The translations under genes were made by a program, and so were the position numbers. A stretch of DNA of 64,000 nucleotides from Fistulifera solaris. Taxonomy: Eukaryota. Where the stretch lies: NCBI GenBank assembly GCA_030295235.1, contig AP026131.1, forward strand, positions 310,001 through 374,000, given 5' to 3'. This document shows positions 25,637-38,017 of this stretch, in pieces. Positions within the stretch are counted from its first letter, which is position 1, and every line of letters starts with the position of its first letter. The notes below the pieces were generated by a model. It did not search any database. It was given only the letters and a program-made list of their open reading frames with translations, and was not told the DNA's origin.

Positions 25637-26875
25637 CTATTTGAGTTCGACATCATGCCGCTTCAAAGCTGCATCGATTGCCCAAAGAACACGCTGTCGA
25701 TTTTCCCAATACAGCTCACCTACCGGTCTTATGCGAAAATGAAAGTCAACAGTGGCCTCCACAAAACCGGGGCCGTAATTGGTCAAGGTTGCCAGAAAGG
25801 GACGACTACCGTCCGTCACGATTTCCGGACAAGCCAACTGTACTTCTTCTTTGATCGACTCCATGACATCTCGTAGGATCGCTCTGTCTTTTAACGAAAA
25901 TCGTAGCACTTGCTTCACTTGCGAGTAGCGAATGCGGCTCAGATTGCTTATCGGTGTCGATATCAAATCCGTGTTGGGTATGTTTACCGTAATTTCGTCC
26001 GATCCCCTTAATACTGTTTCCATCCATCCCAGCTTTACAATTGTGCCCTCCTTGCCATTACCAAATCGCACATAGTCTCCCTCATAAATTCGATCACTCG
26101 AAACCAGAAGCAACCCGTTGATGACACTTTTGGCGATGCCTTGCGACGCCAAACCAATCGCCAAGGTTCCAGCGCTGCCCAAAGCAAACAAAGAGCTCAT
26201 GGCGATACCCATCTTCACTTGCAGAATGCCCATGATGACCGTAAGCGTTATCCCTCCAATTGCAGCATCTGCGAGTCGATTGATGATCTTCATTCTACCA
26301 AACGAATCGGGATGTTCACTGATGAAGCTTCGGATATAGTATTTCTTTATAGTCGATATGCGATTCGCACCCCAGAGGAGGTAAACGACTTGCGCGAATG
26401 CGATCGGAAACTCTGCATTATTGAACGACTCAAATCCCATTCCAGTGAGGACAATCTTCACAATATCCACAAAATAGACAAGCAGTGCGAGTTTGGCGAC
26501 TTGCTGCACATGTACCAAGAATAGTCGAATGAGATGATAGTAATCCGCCAAGGATTCTCTCGCACTCAGTGGAAGCTGCGAGTACGGCAAGTTCAAAGCG
26601 GGGACAAAGATCCAGCCCGCGCATACCAAGAATAGTATGTCTTCTATATGAACACTTTCGCGCAAGGCACCATGAATTACGGTTCGATCCAAATGTAGTA
26701 CTTTTCGAATCAAAGGTTTTATTTTGCCCGCTAGAATATTTCCAGAAACCATCCCTCGAATTGAATCCCCCATATCATGCAGCATGGAGTGTCCGTTCTC
26801 TCCATTCGCTGATGCAAGCGCAAGAATTAAGTTTAGGATCGACACAAATAAGGCCTTTTTCATGGTGTATGTCAT
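25637..26875 (-). CDS. Small-conductance mechanosensitive channel (MscS family)
   Basis: Several TM helices, then ALGSAGTLAIGLASQGIAKSVINGL, IYEGDYVRFG, GTIVKLGWMETVLR and IPNTDL...ISNLSR. Confidence 0.88.
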   Translation of the reverse strand: MTYTMKKALFVSILNLILALASANGENGHSMLHDMGDSIRGMVSGNILAGKIKPLIRKVLHLDRTVIHGALRESVHIEDILFLVCAGWIFVPALNLPYSQLPLSARESLADYYHLIRLFLVHVQQVAKLALLVYFVDIVKIVLTGMGFESFNNAEFPIAFAQVVYLLWGANRISTIKKYYIRSFISEHPDSFGRMKIINRLADAAIGGITLTVIMGILQVKMGIAMSSLFALGSAGTLAIGLASQGIAKSVINGLLLVSSDRIYEGDYVRFGNGKEGTIVKLGWMETVLRGSDEITVNIPNTDLISTPISNLSRIRYSQVKQVLRFSLKDRAILRDVMESIKEEVQLACPEIVTDGSRPFLATLTNYGPGFVEATVDFHFRIRPVGELYWENRQRVLWAIDAALKRHDVELK

Positions 26876-27229
26876 TATCTCTGTGATCTAGAGCCATCGG
26901 TGTAAAGGCAACAATGCAATGGGCAAAGATACGGCGGCGCGAGAGCGGTAAACAAAAATAATGTGCGCGCACCCTCAAGTACAAACACTCTACGCTCTTC
27001 CACGTAGGACAATACAATGTACCTTAACGCAAAAATCTTCCAAGAAATTCGAAAACTAAGGCCAGAAAAGCATGCCACATAACTAACGTGATGCATCGAA
27101 CGCTCTATTTCCTAAAGATATTACCGACAGCAACTATCGATTTGCTTAAAGACAATTAGGTTTCTTATTAGCGAATTCGCGACAGCCGCTCCCTCTCAAC
27201 CTTATCACACAAACTACGCAATTGCCCCA

Positions 27230-28812
27230 TTAAGTACTCATGTAAGTCGACATGTCAATTTCATCCGGCAACTCGGGAATGTTAACTTCAAAGCGGCTTT
27301 GAACCTTCTCCAAGATCTCTTTGTCAGCTTCGCTACTGATAAAGCTAATAGCGATACCTTTGGTGCCGAATCGTCCAGCTCGACCCACGCGGTGCAAGAA
27401 TTGGTCGCTATCGTCCGGGAAATCGTAGTTGATCACCACGTTCACACGCTCGATATCAATACCACGTCCGAACAAGTCGGTAGCGACCAGAATACGGGCG
27501 TTGAAATCCTTGAACGACTTGTACTTCGTGATGCGCTCGTCTTGTTTCATTCCAGCGTGGATGCAGATACTAGGGAAGTTGCACTCGGTCAACAATCGGT
27601 TCAGTTCCTTCGCACGAGCCACTTTAGAGACAAAGATTACAACTTGATTGAATTCCAATGCATCCAACAGATCGTTCAACTTGCGGTTCTTCTCTGCCTC
27701 GGCCAACTTCGCATAGTAGAGTTGCAGACCGTGCAAAGTAAGTTTTGTCTCGTCGTCGACATAAATTTCCATGGGATCTTGACAAAACTTCTTACAAACG
27801 GGACGGATTTCTTTCGAGAGCGTGGCACTGAACAGCAAGACCTGCTTTTCGTGAGGTGTCATTCGGAAGATCTCCTGTACATCGCGACGCATGTCAAGGG
27901 CTTCCAACACGCGATCGCATTCATCCAAGACAAAATGCTTCACGGCGCTCAACTTCAACGCCTTCTCACGGGCAAGTGCGAGGATACGACCGGGTGTTCC
28001 AACAACAATGTGGGGATGATCATTGGAAAGGATCTCACGGTTCTGTTTGATGCTCACACCTCCGTAAAAGACAGCGGTCTTGATCGAAGGCAAGTATTTC
28101 GAAAAGCGCTCGTACTCATGGGCAATCTGGAACGCCAGTTCACGGGTATGACACAGTACCAAGACCTGCACATCTTGACTTTCATCGGAAGCGTTCAACT
28201 GATGAAGCGTAGCCAAAACGAAAACCGCGGTCTTTCCCATACCGGACTTGGCTTGGCATACGATATCACCACCCAAAACAGCCTGCGGAATCGACTCGTG
28301 CTGTACTTCGGAAGGATGCTCAAAACCTGCATCGACAATGGCACGAAGTAACTCAGGTTTCAACAAGAAATCTTTGAAACCAGAGGCATGAATACCAACA
28401 TAGTGACCTTTCTTGCTGTCTTTCGCCTTTCCAGCGTCTTTGGCAATATCGGCTACCTCCTGTATTAAAAAAATACAACCGTAAGCTTCAATGGCTCTTT
28501 TAATACAAAACACTCTCGTGCACAACGTCAAACATCCGTTCGGTAAGTATCTTTTCAGGATCGAGCGATTGATAATTATAAAGCGAAAAGCGACTAATCG
28601 CAGCATATGACCGCGAATAAACACTCGTTTTCTTTTATTCAATACATCAGTATTCGTATGCTGCTTCGTCCTTGTCGTCAAATTGAATCATCGAGTCAAC
28701 ACACAGGCCAAGGACTCGTCTTTGCCGTAGCGGCGCACGCATGGATATCTTCGCCGCCGAGACGCACCTCTTCTTCGTCGTAATCAACGAGTTCTTCTTC
28801 GTTATCCGCCAT
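27230..28812 (-). CDS. UAP56: UAP56/DDX39B (Sub2) DECD-box RNA helicase; intron 28460..28767
   Basis: Exon 1 [15 protein letters not shown] (28768..28812) splices GTGCGT...TACAG. Motifs [26 protein letters not shown] and [10 protein letters not shown]. Confidence 0.96.
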
Positions 28813-29604
28813 GGTTATGTTTATATAAGACCTTGTTGAGGAAGCGTTGTATCAGAGTCAATGCTGCAGCAAAGGCAATTGTGTAATAGCCGCACAGAGC
28901 AGCAGCCAACATGGCGGCATCGGTTTGCTCGCCGTGCGCCGTTGAGAAACGCGAAACGGAGAAAAATAATCGCGGGTCATCGGCGGTGCGCCCGTCCTTC
29001 ATCCGTAGTTACTTCGACTATAGTGGCAAAGTGTCGAAGACTGACTTTTCAGTCACGAAACTTGACCATGATATTATTATTCCTTTGTCTTTCATTGTCT
29101 ACCGTGCTACCTGGCATCGTTCGTCATACTCTAAAAAACTATACGTTTCAAAGATACCAGTATGATTTCAATGCTCGCTTGCAGTCACAGTGCACCACTT
29201 GATCATTATTACATAATCTAGACGATCTACTACCTGGTATAGTCGATATTGTAGATTACGTTTTGCTTGACTGCATTTAGTCACGAGCTCTCAGTTTGTC
29301 TTTCCGGCTGCATGTCTTACTAGCACACAACGGACACGTTTTGTACTATGTTCACGTTTCACGTTACGTATCGGACATTTGCATTCGGGCTTTTCTCTTT
29401 CTCCCCCTTTTTTATTGTTGACACCTTCATAGAACTTCGTGATCACCTCGGATGTGACGCGACGATAATCAATCTTACCTTCTTTTGACACGATAAACCT
29501 TGACAAAAGACTTCTTTAAAACTCATAAGACGGCTCATTATCTTAACCGAAGTTTCAATTTTGATCCTTTACAAGCCAAGAACTTTCGGTAATTTAGCAA
29601 CAAG

Positions 29605-31940
29605 ATGATTATTCCGCGCCAAACCCGTTTTCTTCTTTCAAAAAGATCTCAACTGGGTCCAGCGCGTGCGTTATCGTCCGTGGCGACAGCCACTATCGAA
29701 GATGAGGCCTCCTCTAACTATGAACATTTGTTTCAGCCTTTGGATTTGGGTCCGCACATTGGCATTCTACCCAATCGGGTTCTCATGGGGAGTATGCACT
29801 CCGGATTAGAGGGACACTCATTGCCCCGATGGATGCTCCCCGTCGCAAATTTCGCGTTCAGAAGTAACTACAAAGAACATGACATGTCACAAATGGCCGA
29901 GTATTTCGCTACAAGGGCTCGAGGCGGAGTTGGATTGATGGTGACGGGAGGAATTGCCCCAAACAGAGAGGGATGGACGGGTCCGTTTAGTTCGCAGTTA
30001 ACGAACGAATACGAAATGGAACATCACAAAGTCGTCACAGAGGCAGTCCATGCTATTCAGGTCCCAATCATTGGTGGTGGCTCTGTAAGATCGCGAATTG
30101 TTATGCAAATTTTACACACGGGTCGATACGCGTATCATCCCTGGGCCGTCTCGGCTAGTAACACAAAGTCCCCCATCAGTCCCTTCCCAGCAAAGGCTCT
30201 AGACAAAACCGGTATACAACGTACAATAAAAGACTATGTCAATACTGCAGTTCTTGCAAAGAGAGCCGGCTACGACGGCGTAGAGATCATGGGCAGTGAG
30301 GGGTATCTTCTTTCTCAATTCTTGGCACCGCGAACGAATAAACGAACCGACGAGTACGGAGGAAGTCTGGAAAACCGAGCGCGCATGCCCCTCGAAATCA
30401 TTCGTCAAACCAGAAAAGCAGTCGGAGAAGACTTTATTATAATCTTTCGTTTGTCACTGCTAGATCTGGTGGAACAGGGGCTTTCCTTCGAGGAAAGTGT
30501 CGAATTAGCGCAAAGGGTACAAGACGCGGGATGCACCATAATCAACACTGGTATTGGATGGCACGAAGCTCGGGTCCCTACGATTGCCACATCTGTACCT
30601 CGAGGCGCGTTTGCGTTCCCCACGAAAAGATTGAAGGAGGCTGGCGTTGTGGATATTCCACTCGTTAGTACCAATCGTATCAATGATCCACTCACGGCAA
30701 ATGATTTACTGGAGCAGGGTGCTAGTGATATGATCAGCATGGCGAGACCTTTTTAGCGGATCCTGAATTGTTACTGAAGGCTCGCGAAGGTCGTGCTGAT
30801 GAAATTAACACTTGCATTGGGTGCAATCAAGCTTGTCTCGACCACGTGTTTGTGGGCAAGATCGCTTCCTGTCTTGTAAATCCGGTTGCATGTCATGAAG
30901 GAGAGTTCGATTTTAGTGTTTTACCAGAAGCGCAACGCTTGAATATAAGCGTTGTAGGGGCAGGCCCAGCTGGGTGCGCTTTTGCTATCAGTGCGGCTCG
31001 GAAGGGGCACAAAGTTACCTTGTACGATCAAGATGACAAAATAGGCGGGCAATTCAATATGGCGAAGCGTATCCCTGGTAAAGAAGAATTCTACGAGACG
31101 CTACGATACTTTGACGCAATGTTGAAAAAATACAATGTGAATGTAAAGCTTGGGACAGAAGTATCGAGGGAAGATATGGAGAGAGACGCTTCAACCCACA
31201 AGTGGATCATATCGACTGGCGTTGACCCTCGCGATCCGAAGATTCCCGGTCAAGATCACCCAAATGTGTTGTCTTACATTGATGTTTTGAAAAGACAGAA
31301 ACCAGTAGGAGAAAAGGTTGCCGTCATCGGAGCTGGGGGTATTGGATTTGATATCTCAGAGTATTTATTGCACTATGAGCGAGATAAGAGGGCCAGTGAC
31401 GTTTCTCACCCTGACTTCTGGAAGGAGTGGGGAATTGACGATTCATTAATGGAGCGTGGAGGGCTTACTCAGCCTCGGCATTCTGCACCGAAGCGTAAAA
31501 TTACTTTGTTGCAGCGGAAGAAGGGGAAGTTGGGCGCTGGACTGGGCAAGACGACGGGCTGGATTCACAGGGCTACGCTGAATCAGTCAGGAGCTGTTCA
31601 CATGATAAATGGCGTATCTTACGAGAAAATTGACGAGAATGGACATTTACATGTTAAAAATTCGAAAGGGGAGATTGATGTGCTAGATGTTGATACCATC
31701 GTTATATGCGCTGGTCAAGTCGAGAAACGCGATTTAGTGTCGGAAAAGATGTCTGACAAGCTTTTTCTCATTGGTGGTGCGTATGCCGCCGGCGAGTTGG
31801 ACGCGAAACGAGCTATAGATATGGGCACGCGACTGGCCGTGAAAATCCATGAAGCTGGTGTCGTTCCTGGTAAGCATGTCTTCTCTGCCCCCGTGGGGAT
31901 CGAAGAGAAGATGTATGGCCTTTTAAGAAAGATCTCATAA
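29605..31940 (+). CDS. fadH: FadH-type NADPH-dependent 2,4-dienoyl-CoA reductase (OYE barrel + 4Fe-4S + FAD domain), probably organelle-targeted
   Basis: NRVLMGSMHSGLE, GYDGVEIMGSEGYL, GIGWHEARVPTIATSVPR, CIGCNQAC...C cluster motif, VVGAGPAG, GLGKTTGWIHR and ELDAKRAI. A slip at the T run ~30750-30754 joins the two ORFs. Confidence 0.92.
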
Positions 31941-32525
31941 ATGTTAACGCTGCCTATTTCAACGTTTTTTGTGTTTTTCATGCGCTGGCTTTGGTCAGGA
32001 AACGCGGGAACTATTAATTGTTGTTGTCTACTGATTGAAACACAAGGGTTTTCTCGGTTATCGAAGATATTTTTGAACTTGATCATAGACTGAGGCAATC
32101 TTTTCAAAACAAAAGTCAAATGATTAAGTCGGCCTAAAGAGCAATCAACTACAAAGCGGGACCTCTATGGAATATCGTCGCACCCTCTCCATCCACGATC
32201 ATGATCTACACATCCAAAGCATCTATTTTACCAAATCGTTTGTAGTTTATACCAGTAGAGCTCTCTCTATAGAGTCTATATACCTATACCTGATATCGAA
32301 AGAGCTCTCTAGAGTCTCAAGTCTTGAGTCTCGAGTGACTTAGTCTCGGGCTCTTGAGTTCTCCGACTCCGACCACTGATTTTTACAGAATTTCTGCGCA
32401 TTTATTATTCCTTCGGAACACGGAGTATTTTTTTTTTGACCTCACGTCTTCTTATTGATCTTGAACTCCGTTGCTCACACAATAACAACCGCAAATCAAA
32501 AATATTGAGACTTTGTTACAAAGTA

Positions 32526-33121
32526 TGAACTCGACGAAAGAACCACAGCGAAGATATCTTCGACGCAATGCCTGTCTAAGAATTTTCAAACAAGACGATC
32601 CTGACCTTTTTGTATCTGAGCTCAAGCTTGATGATGCTGAAGATATCACGGAATCTTCAATGGATTCCGCGAGTACGCATTCGGCTCCAGGGTCAGCAAG
32701 GATGAAAGGGGCAGCTGCTAGTTGCAATGTCAACACGCTTGACGATTCCCTAGTTAAAAGCGGGGTAAAGTTTGGAACTGTCCATGTACGCAGCCATCAA
32801 AATGTTCTGGGGAACAATCCGTCTTGTTCCAGCGGATTGCCAGTGGAGTTAGACTGGGATCACTGTCATTCTGAGGACTTTCTTGTCGACGTCTATGAGG
32901 AAATGAGAAGCGGGGTCCCGAAACGTGTGATCAGAATCCACCCCAGCGACCGTGAACGTATCCTGCGATTGAAAGGACACTCGCGTGGTAGTTTTCAAAA
33001 TGTTCTCTTGGAGATTGAAGTAATCAAGCAGTCGCGGGAAGCTTCTGCTCAAGAATTCGACGCGACAGAAGACTATATCATGATGTTAGGGGCAACGATC
33101 ACGTCACAAACGAGCAAATAA
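32526..33121 (+). CDS. Hypothetical protein, same family as 16771..17448
   Basis: GVKFGTVHVRSHQNVLGNNPSCSSGLPVELDW...DRERILRLKG. Confidence 0.75.
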
Positions 33122-33373
33122 TGGGCGAGGAGAGGCATTTCGATCTTAACACGAATGATATGGAAGAGTATCTTTTGATGGCTAGCTATAGAAGGGAACG
33201 TAAAAGTCGCGACAACCGAACTTCCGCGACTCGAATTCAGTCGAAAAGTCCTATTCGAAAAGTCTTTCATTGGAAATAGATACAGCTCAAGAGAAATAGG
33301 TATTTTACAAGAGACTCTAAAGATACTTTTGCGTGAACGTAAGTCACCTTAGGTGAACATCAACAGCACGCAT

Positions 33374-35010
33374 TCATGAAGCTTCAGGTGTTGCGCGAGT
33401 AGCAGACGATCTCCGGGGCTTCCTGGTGCACAACATGGACCCGAGCGAAATCCACCACCGTCGGGAAACCGGTGTTGCCGTCGATGCGCTAGGTCCATCT
33501 GATGATAGAACTATATTTTCCTTCTCTGTTGCCGCTTGTTTGACTTCATTCTTGTCTACTGTTGGCTGAAAATCCGACAGATGCTTAGGCTTTCTCTGTG
33601 ACTGCTGCTTCCCGCTCGCAAGCTCAGCTTCGGCTGCGATTTGACGGGCTGTTAAGCGAGCTTCTCGTAAAGTGGTCGATGATAGCAATTTGTACATGAC
33701 TAAATCGTATTCCTTCTTCTTGTCCTCTTTGACTGCCTTTCGAGACGCTTTGATTTCCTGAACTTCGAACTCAATTCTTGAAAGAGAATCGTCAGAGACT
33801 CCCTTTGTACGTAAAAGTTCTTCTCGTTCCTCTCGACTAATCTTTTGGGCCTTTTGTCGGTCTCCGGTGATCATTTCGTAATCCTCCAAATCGAAATGCT
33901 GAGACGACATATACGACCAATCCAGCGCCACCGGAGGTCCCTGAGACACACAGGGATGATCGCCGAGCGTAATTTTGTGTCGTCGCACTCGCACATCACC
34001 AAAACTGACACGGCTCGAAGAGCTTCTATCAGATCGTCCCGAAACGTGAGAGCTGTAATCCTCCTCCGAGGCCTCCTTGCACGGCTGCAAAATGGCAAGA
34101 CTACCAGCTCTGTGTTTCCCTTGTGTCTGAACACTGCTATCTTCCGCCGCTAAGTCATCTGGTAGATTATCGCTCGCTGCACCAGGACTTGATGCGATTT
34201 TCTGCTTCGACGCCTTTCTTTGTGCTTTCTTCTTCTCGAACGACTTTCTCTCATAGTCATCCAATGGAAAACTCTCCGAGTTGTTTCGATGTTCCCAATC
34301 AAGATTTTGCCCTGAATCAGTTACATCATGCGTCCGTACGCGGATCTTACCGAACGTTAGGTTCTTTTTGTTGCCGCTCTCGGGGTTTGCATTCCCGCAA
34401 TCGTCTGGGGGTTGCGAAACTTCGACATTTGTTGCTGTTGTGGTTGTACTATGAACGATGGTGCTATGTGGTATATGTGCAGCGGTAGAAGAAGGGACAT
34501 TTTGTGATGTACTTTGAATGTCATCAGGTTGAAAGAGGTCTGTCAAATCCAGTGATCGTTCGTTCGAACGATTCAAGGATGACAGAGAGAGATCGTGTCC
34601 CGGACTTGCGGCTAAAAAGTTGGAAATGTGAAAGGTATGACGAGCAATCGAGTCTTTCACTCTCCCTTGACCGGGAGATAGCTTCCGTATCAGAAAATTG
34701 TTGCGGGATAGAGTTCTTTGAGCGGCTCGTACGGGGCTGGTTTCGCCTTCCGCATGATTTTGGTCGTGACTCTCCTCGGGGAGTTCTGCATTTATTCCGG
34801 TATGACTTTTCTGATCAAATGATCTCTCTTTCGTAACAGGCTGTTTATCCAGCTTCGAATCGAGAGGCGAGGAAAGAAAAGGCAATAGAGAATCAGACGA
34901 CTTCCGTGACTCTATAATGAAAGCCGATTCAAGCTTTTTTTGATCCTCGTCGTCATCTGAAATTGATCTGTTCAGTTTGATTGCGTTGTTTACGTCCATT
35001 GAACACATGA
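33374..35010 (-). CDS. Ser-rich hypothetical protein with one intact and one degenerate copy of the same family motif
   Basis: RVSFGDVRVRRHKITLGDHPCVSQGPPVALDW...EREELLRTKG, and a degenerate NLTFGKIRVRTHDVTDSGQNLDW. The start codon is uncertain (first ATGs at ~35000-35010). Confidence 0.72.
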
Positions 35011-35381
35011 TGCATTCTTTGAGTAAACAAACAGAATTGAAACGTATTCGAAAGGGGTGATAATGATGAAAGGCTTTGCTTTTTTTAACAGCATTATTCA
35101 AACCGGCCAAAGAAGCTGTTGCGTTTTATTGCATGGTAAATTTTCGGAGCAACTCACTCGCACTTGATCTTTGAGGTGAAAGTGTGAAAGCAAGGACAAA
35201 AACGGGGGCTAAAAACAGTACCAGTACTCAATGTGCGTCGAATGTAGTACAGAACGGGACTTAACGTACTATGTAGCCCATAAGTTCTCCTGAGATTTAA
35301 CGTCTCGGTGGGGAGTGGAAAGCGAGAGGTGCGGAGCGCGGAAGAGCGAAAATAACGCGCGACTCCAATTGTTTCCGGGTT

Positions 35382-35419
35382 CTCTCCGTCTCTCCGTCTC
35401 TCCGTCTCCGTCTCCGTCT
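35382..35419. repeat. (TCTCCG)-type microsatellite
   Basis: tctctccgtctctccgtctctccgtctccgtctccgtct. Confidence 0.7.
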
Positions 35420-35968
35420 GAAGTCTGAAGACCATGCTAACTTGTGCTAACTCACTCTCATTAACTGCTCGTCTCTCACAGAGCGAGAGACAAACATTAT
35501 GATCAAGCAAAGACACAATTGACAAAAATTTGCCGGTCTGTTCAAGCGATGACATTTCACACAACTTACAGAATTACTGTCTGATTAGACCTACTGGTAA
35601 AAGCTCTAGACATACTCAGGTTTTCTGTGGGAGAAAAAACACATACAGCAGAAATTCCGTTTGACTCAACATACCTGGTAATGCTTTGATTTTTGTCACG
35701 CAAAACAAATAGTAGACAGAATATCCGTCCGATTCAAATTGCTTGCACTCCGATCGAAATGCTTCCGTCATCATCGCGACAAAAATCGACTTCTCCTCTT
35801 CTTCCTTCTTCGAGAAGTATCGATCCAATGATTCATTCGTTTGATTCGAAGTGACAACAATAGAAAGCGAGACAAATACATCAGTTTACTCGCACCAGAC
35901 AAGGTTATTCATTTTTGGCCTTGTCGGTCCTTAAATCACCTTTCGTATAGCAAGATTCTCTCTCTTTC

Positions 35969-37678
35969 ATGTCAGCATCGATTGCATTGCTGAAACGGTC
36001 GCAACGGTGTATCTCGCCGATAGGACGGAGGACACCGTTTGGAGGAGTTTCAGTGCTTCGCCGAACACCAGCGACCTGTCGAATTGCCGGTAATGTTGTT
36101 TTATTAGCTGCTGCACACATATATACCCTCAAACATGGAAGTCACACACTATGTTCATCGGAACCTCCAGTCTTAATACGAGATGATATCGAACCAGAAT
36201 TCTTGATATCGGATACCGATGACAAGACTGTGGCGTCGAGAGCTTTGAAATGGCTGGAAGGCATTATCCGAAAGTGTTATGATGTGGTCATGGTTACATT
36301 TCGGGCGACGGAAATATCGTTGTACTTGAGCCCATTGTTGATATTGACTCCGACCAGCATGTTGATTTCGGGTCTGGGATTCAATTTCTTTTCAGAGATG
36401 ACTTGGAGGTATACCTTATACGCCGTCCAGCACTTGGGTCCCTCGTCTGTAAAACTTTGTCAGTGGATGGCGACGCGAAGAGACCTGTTCCCATCACATA
36501 TTTGTGATAGATTGTCGGTTTTGCATGACAAAGCGTTTCCTCATTCATGGCATCACACAGTGGCGACTCTTAAAGAAGCATTCGGTGATGACTATCAGGA
36601 AAATGGACTTTTAATAAAAGAAGAGGATATTTTAGGATGCGGTTCTGCGGCTCAAGTTTATCAAGGAGTGTTAATGCAGCGCGATAAACGTGGCAATGAA
36701 GTCGAGCGGCCGGTGGCAGTCAAGGTGCTCCACCCTAACATCAAGCGGAATGTCCATCGAGATATCTGGCTGATGGAGGCAGTCGCTGGTCTCGTACATT
36801 CCATACCCCTAGAAAGAATTCGCATGCTGAATCTTCCACGGGCGACGCGAACTTTTGTAGATATTCTTCGTCGCCAGACCGACTTGGGTATCGAAGCGCA
36901 GAATCTTCGTCAATTCCGGGCAAACTTTTACGAAAATGACGATCACGAGTCGCGTTCAGAAATCATTTTTCCTCGACCAATGGAGGGGTGGGTGCACGAA
37001 AAAGTGTTGGTGGAAGAGCTCGCACAAAACGCTCATCCTATTGCAACGTCACTAACGGACGACTCCTTGGAGGGACACAAAACGCGACGGCAATTAGGGA
37101 AGCAACTCTGTCGAGCATTCTTCAAGATGATATTCTGGCATAACTTCATTCATTGCGATCTGCATCCAGGTAATGTTCAAGTGAAACGTTTGGAAAAGGA
37201 AGAACAACGAACGACGTTCTTTGGTCGGGGCCTACAGAACAAGATTGTCTTGTTGGACGCTGGAATTGCTTTCTCTCTCGACCCCAACGATCAAAGGAAT
37301 CTACGCGACCTCTTCCGTGCCGTGGTGTTAAACGACGGAGAGACTGCCGGCCGGCTCATGGTCGAACGTGCCAAGTATGAAAGATGCAGTGAGATGGAAG
37401 GTGGAATTGAAGCGTTTGCCGCGGAAATGCAAAGTATAGTAGAAGAGTTTCACAACCGACGGAAAGGGGGCGGACTGACATTTGGATCCGTACGCATTGG
37501 CTCATTGTTGAACCGAGTTCTAGATGTCTGTCGCATTTACGGCGTCGAAATTGACCCAAACATGTCCGCCGTAGTTGTTAGCTGCCTAGTTGTAGAAGGC
37601 TTGGTGCGGTCCTTAGATCCCAACCTGAATCTAATTGACGCTGCTATTCCGTTCGTCATCGGCATCGGAGGTGTCTAG
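35969..37678 (+). CDS. ABC1/UbiB (ADCK) atypical kinase
   Basis: GPSSVKLCQWMATRRDLFP, GCGSAAQVY, VAVKVLHP, FIHCDLHPGN, LLDAGI and VEGLVRSLDP. Confidence 0.9.
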   Translation: MSASIALLKRSQRCISPIGRRTPFGGVSVLRRTPATCRIAGNVVLLAAAHIYTLKHGSHTLCSSEPPVLIRDDIEPEFLISDTDDKTVASRALKWLEGIIRKCYDVVMVTFRATEISLYLSPLLILTPTSMLISGLGFNFFSEMTWRYTLYAVQHLGPSSVKLCQWMATRRDLFPSHICDRLSVLHDKAFPHSWHHTVATLKEAFGDDYQENGLLIKEEDILGCGSAAQVYQGVLMQRDKRGNEVERPVAVKVLHPNIKRNVHRDIWLMEAVAGLVHSIPLERIRMLNLPRATRTFVDILRRQTDLGIEAQNLRQFRANFYENDDHESRSEIIFPRPMEGWVHEKVLVEELAQNAHPIATSLTDDSLEGHKTRRQLGKQLCRAFFKMIFWHNFIHCDLHPGNVQVKRLEKEEQRTTFFGRGLQNKIVLLDAGIAFSLDPNDQRNLRDLFRAVVLNDGETAGRLMVERAKYERCSEMEGGIEAFAAEMQSIVEEFHNRRKGGGLTFGSVRIGSLLNRVLDVCRIYGVEIDPNMSAVVVSCLVVEGLVRSLDPNLNLIDAAIPFVIGIGGV

Positions 37679-38017
37679 ATTCTAGATGTTTAAAGTGTAA
37701 AGGATAGAGCGTGAACGAAAGTGACTTGCAGATAAACACATAACCTTCTTTGTAAATAAATTGACCATTCATCACAATTTTATCTTTGGTTCAGCCTTAG
37801 GTCGTTACAAATAATGATTGCTATAGCTAGAAGAAATAAATCGTGCTTGTTGCGTCATCAGGTAATGAGTCTGCTTCCTCCGATCTTGTGAATTTTCGCC
37901 GACCCGTCTTTCGTCAACCATGCGTCACCTTCACAACCACAAAAAAAAAAAGAAACCGTTCTTCGCTTTTCGACATCAACAGCTTGACATTCCCTACAAT
38001 ACCAAGTGCTTCTCACC

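Noticed and set aside
27299..28351. Long antisense ORFs opposite UAP56 (350 aa) and BiP (e.g. 13327..13896)
   Set aside because: These are shadow ORFs produced by codon bias in highly conserved genes; they show no recognisable motifs.
32255..32375. Cluster of short GAG/CTC palindromes (AGAGCTCT, GAGTCTC, CTCGAG)
   Set aside because: Low-complexity sequence with no consistent unit or long stem.
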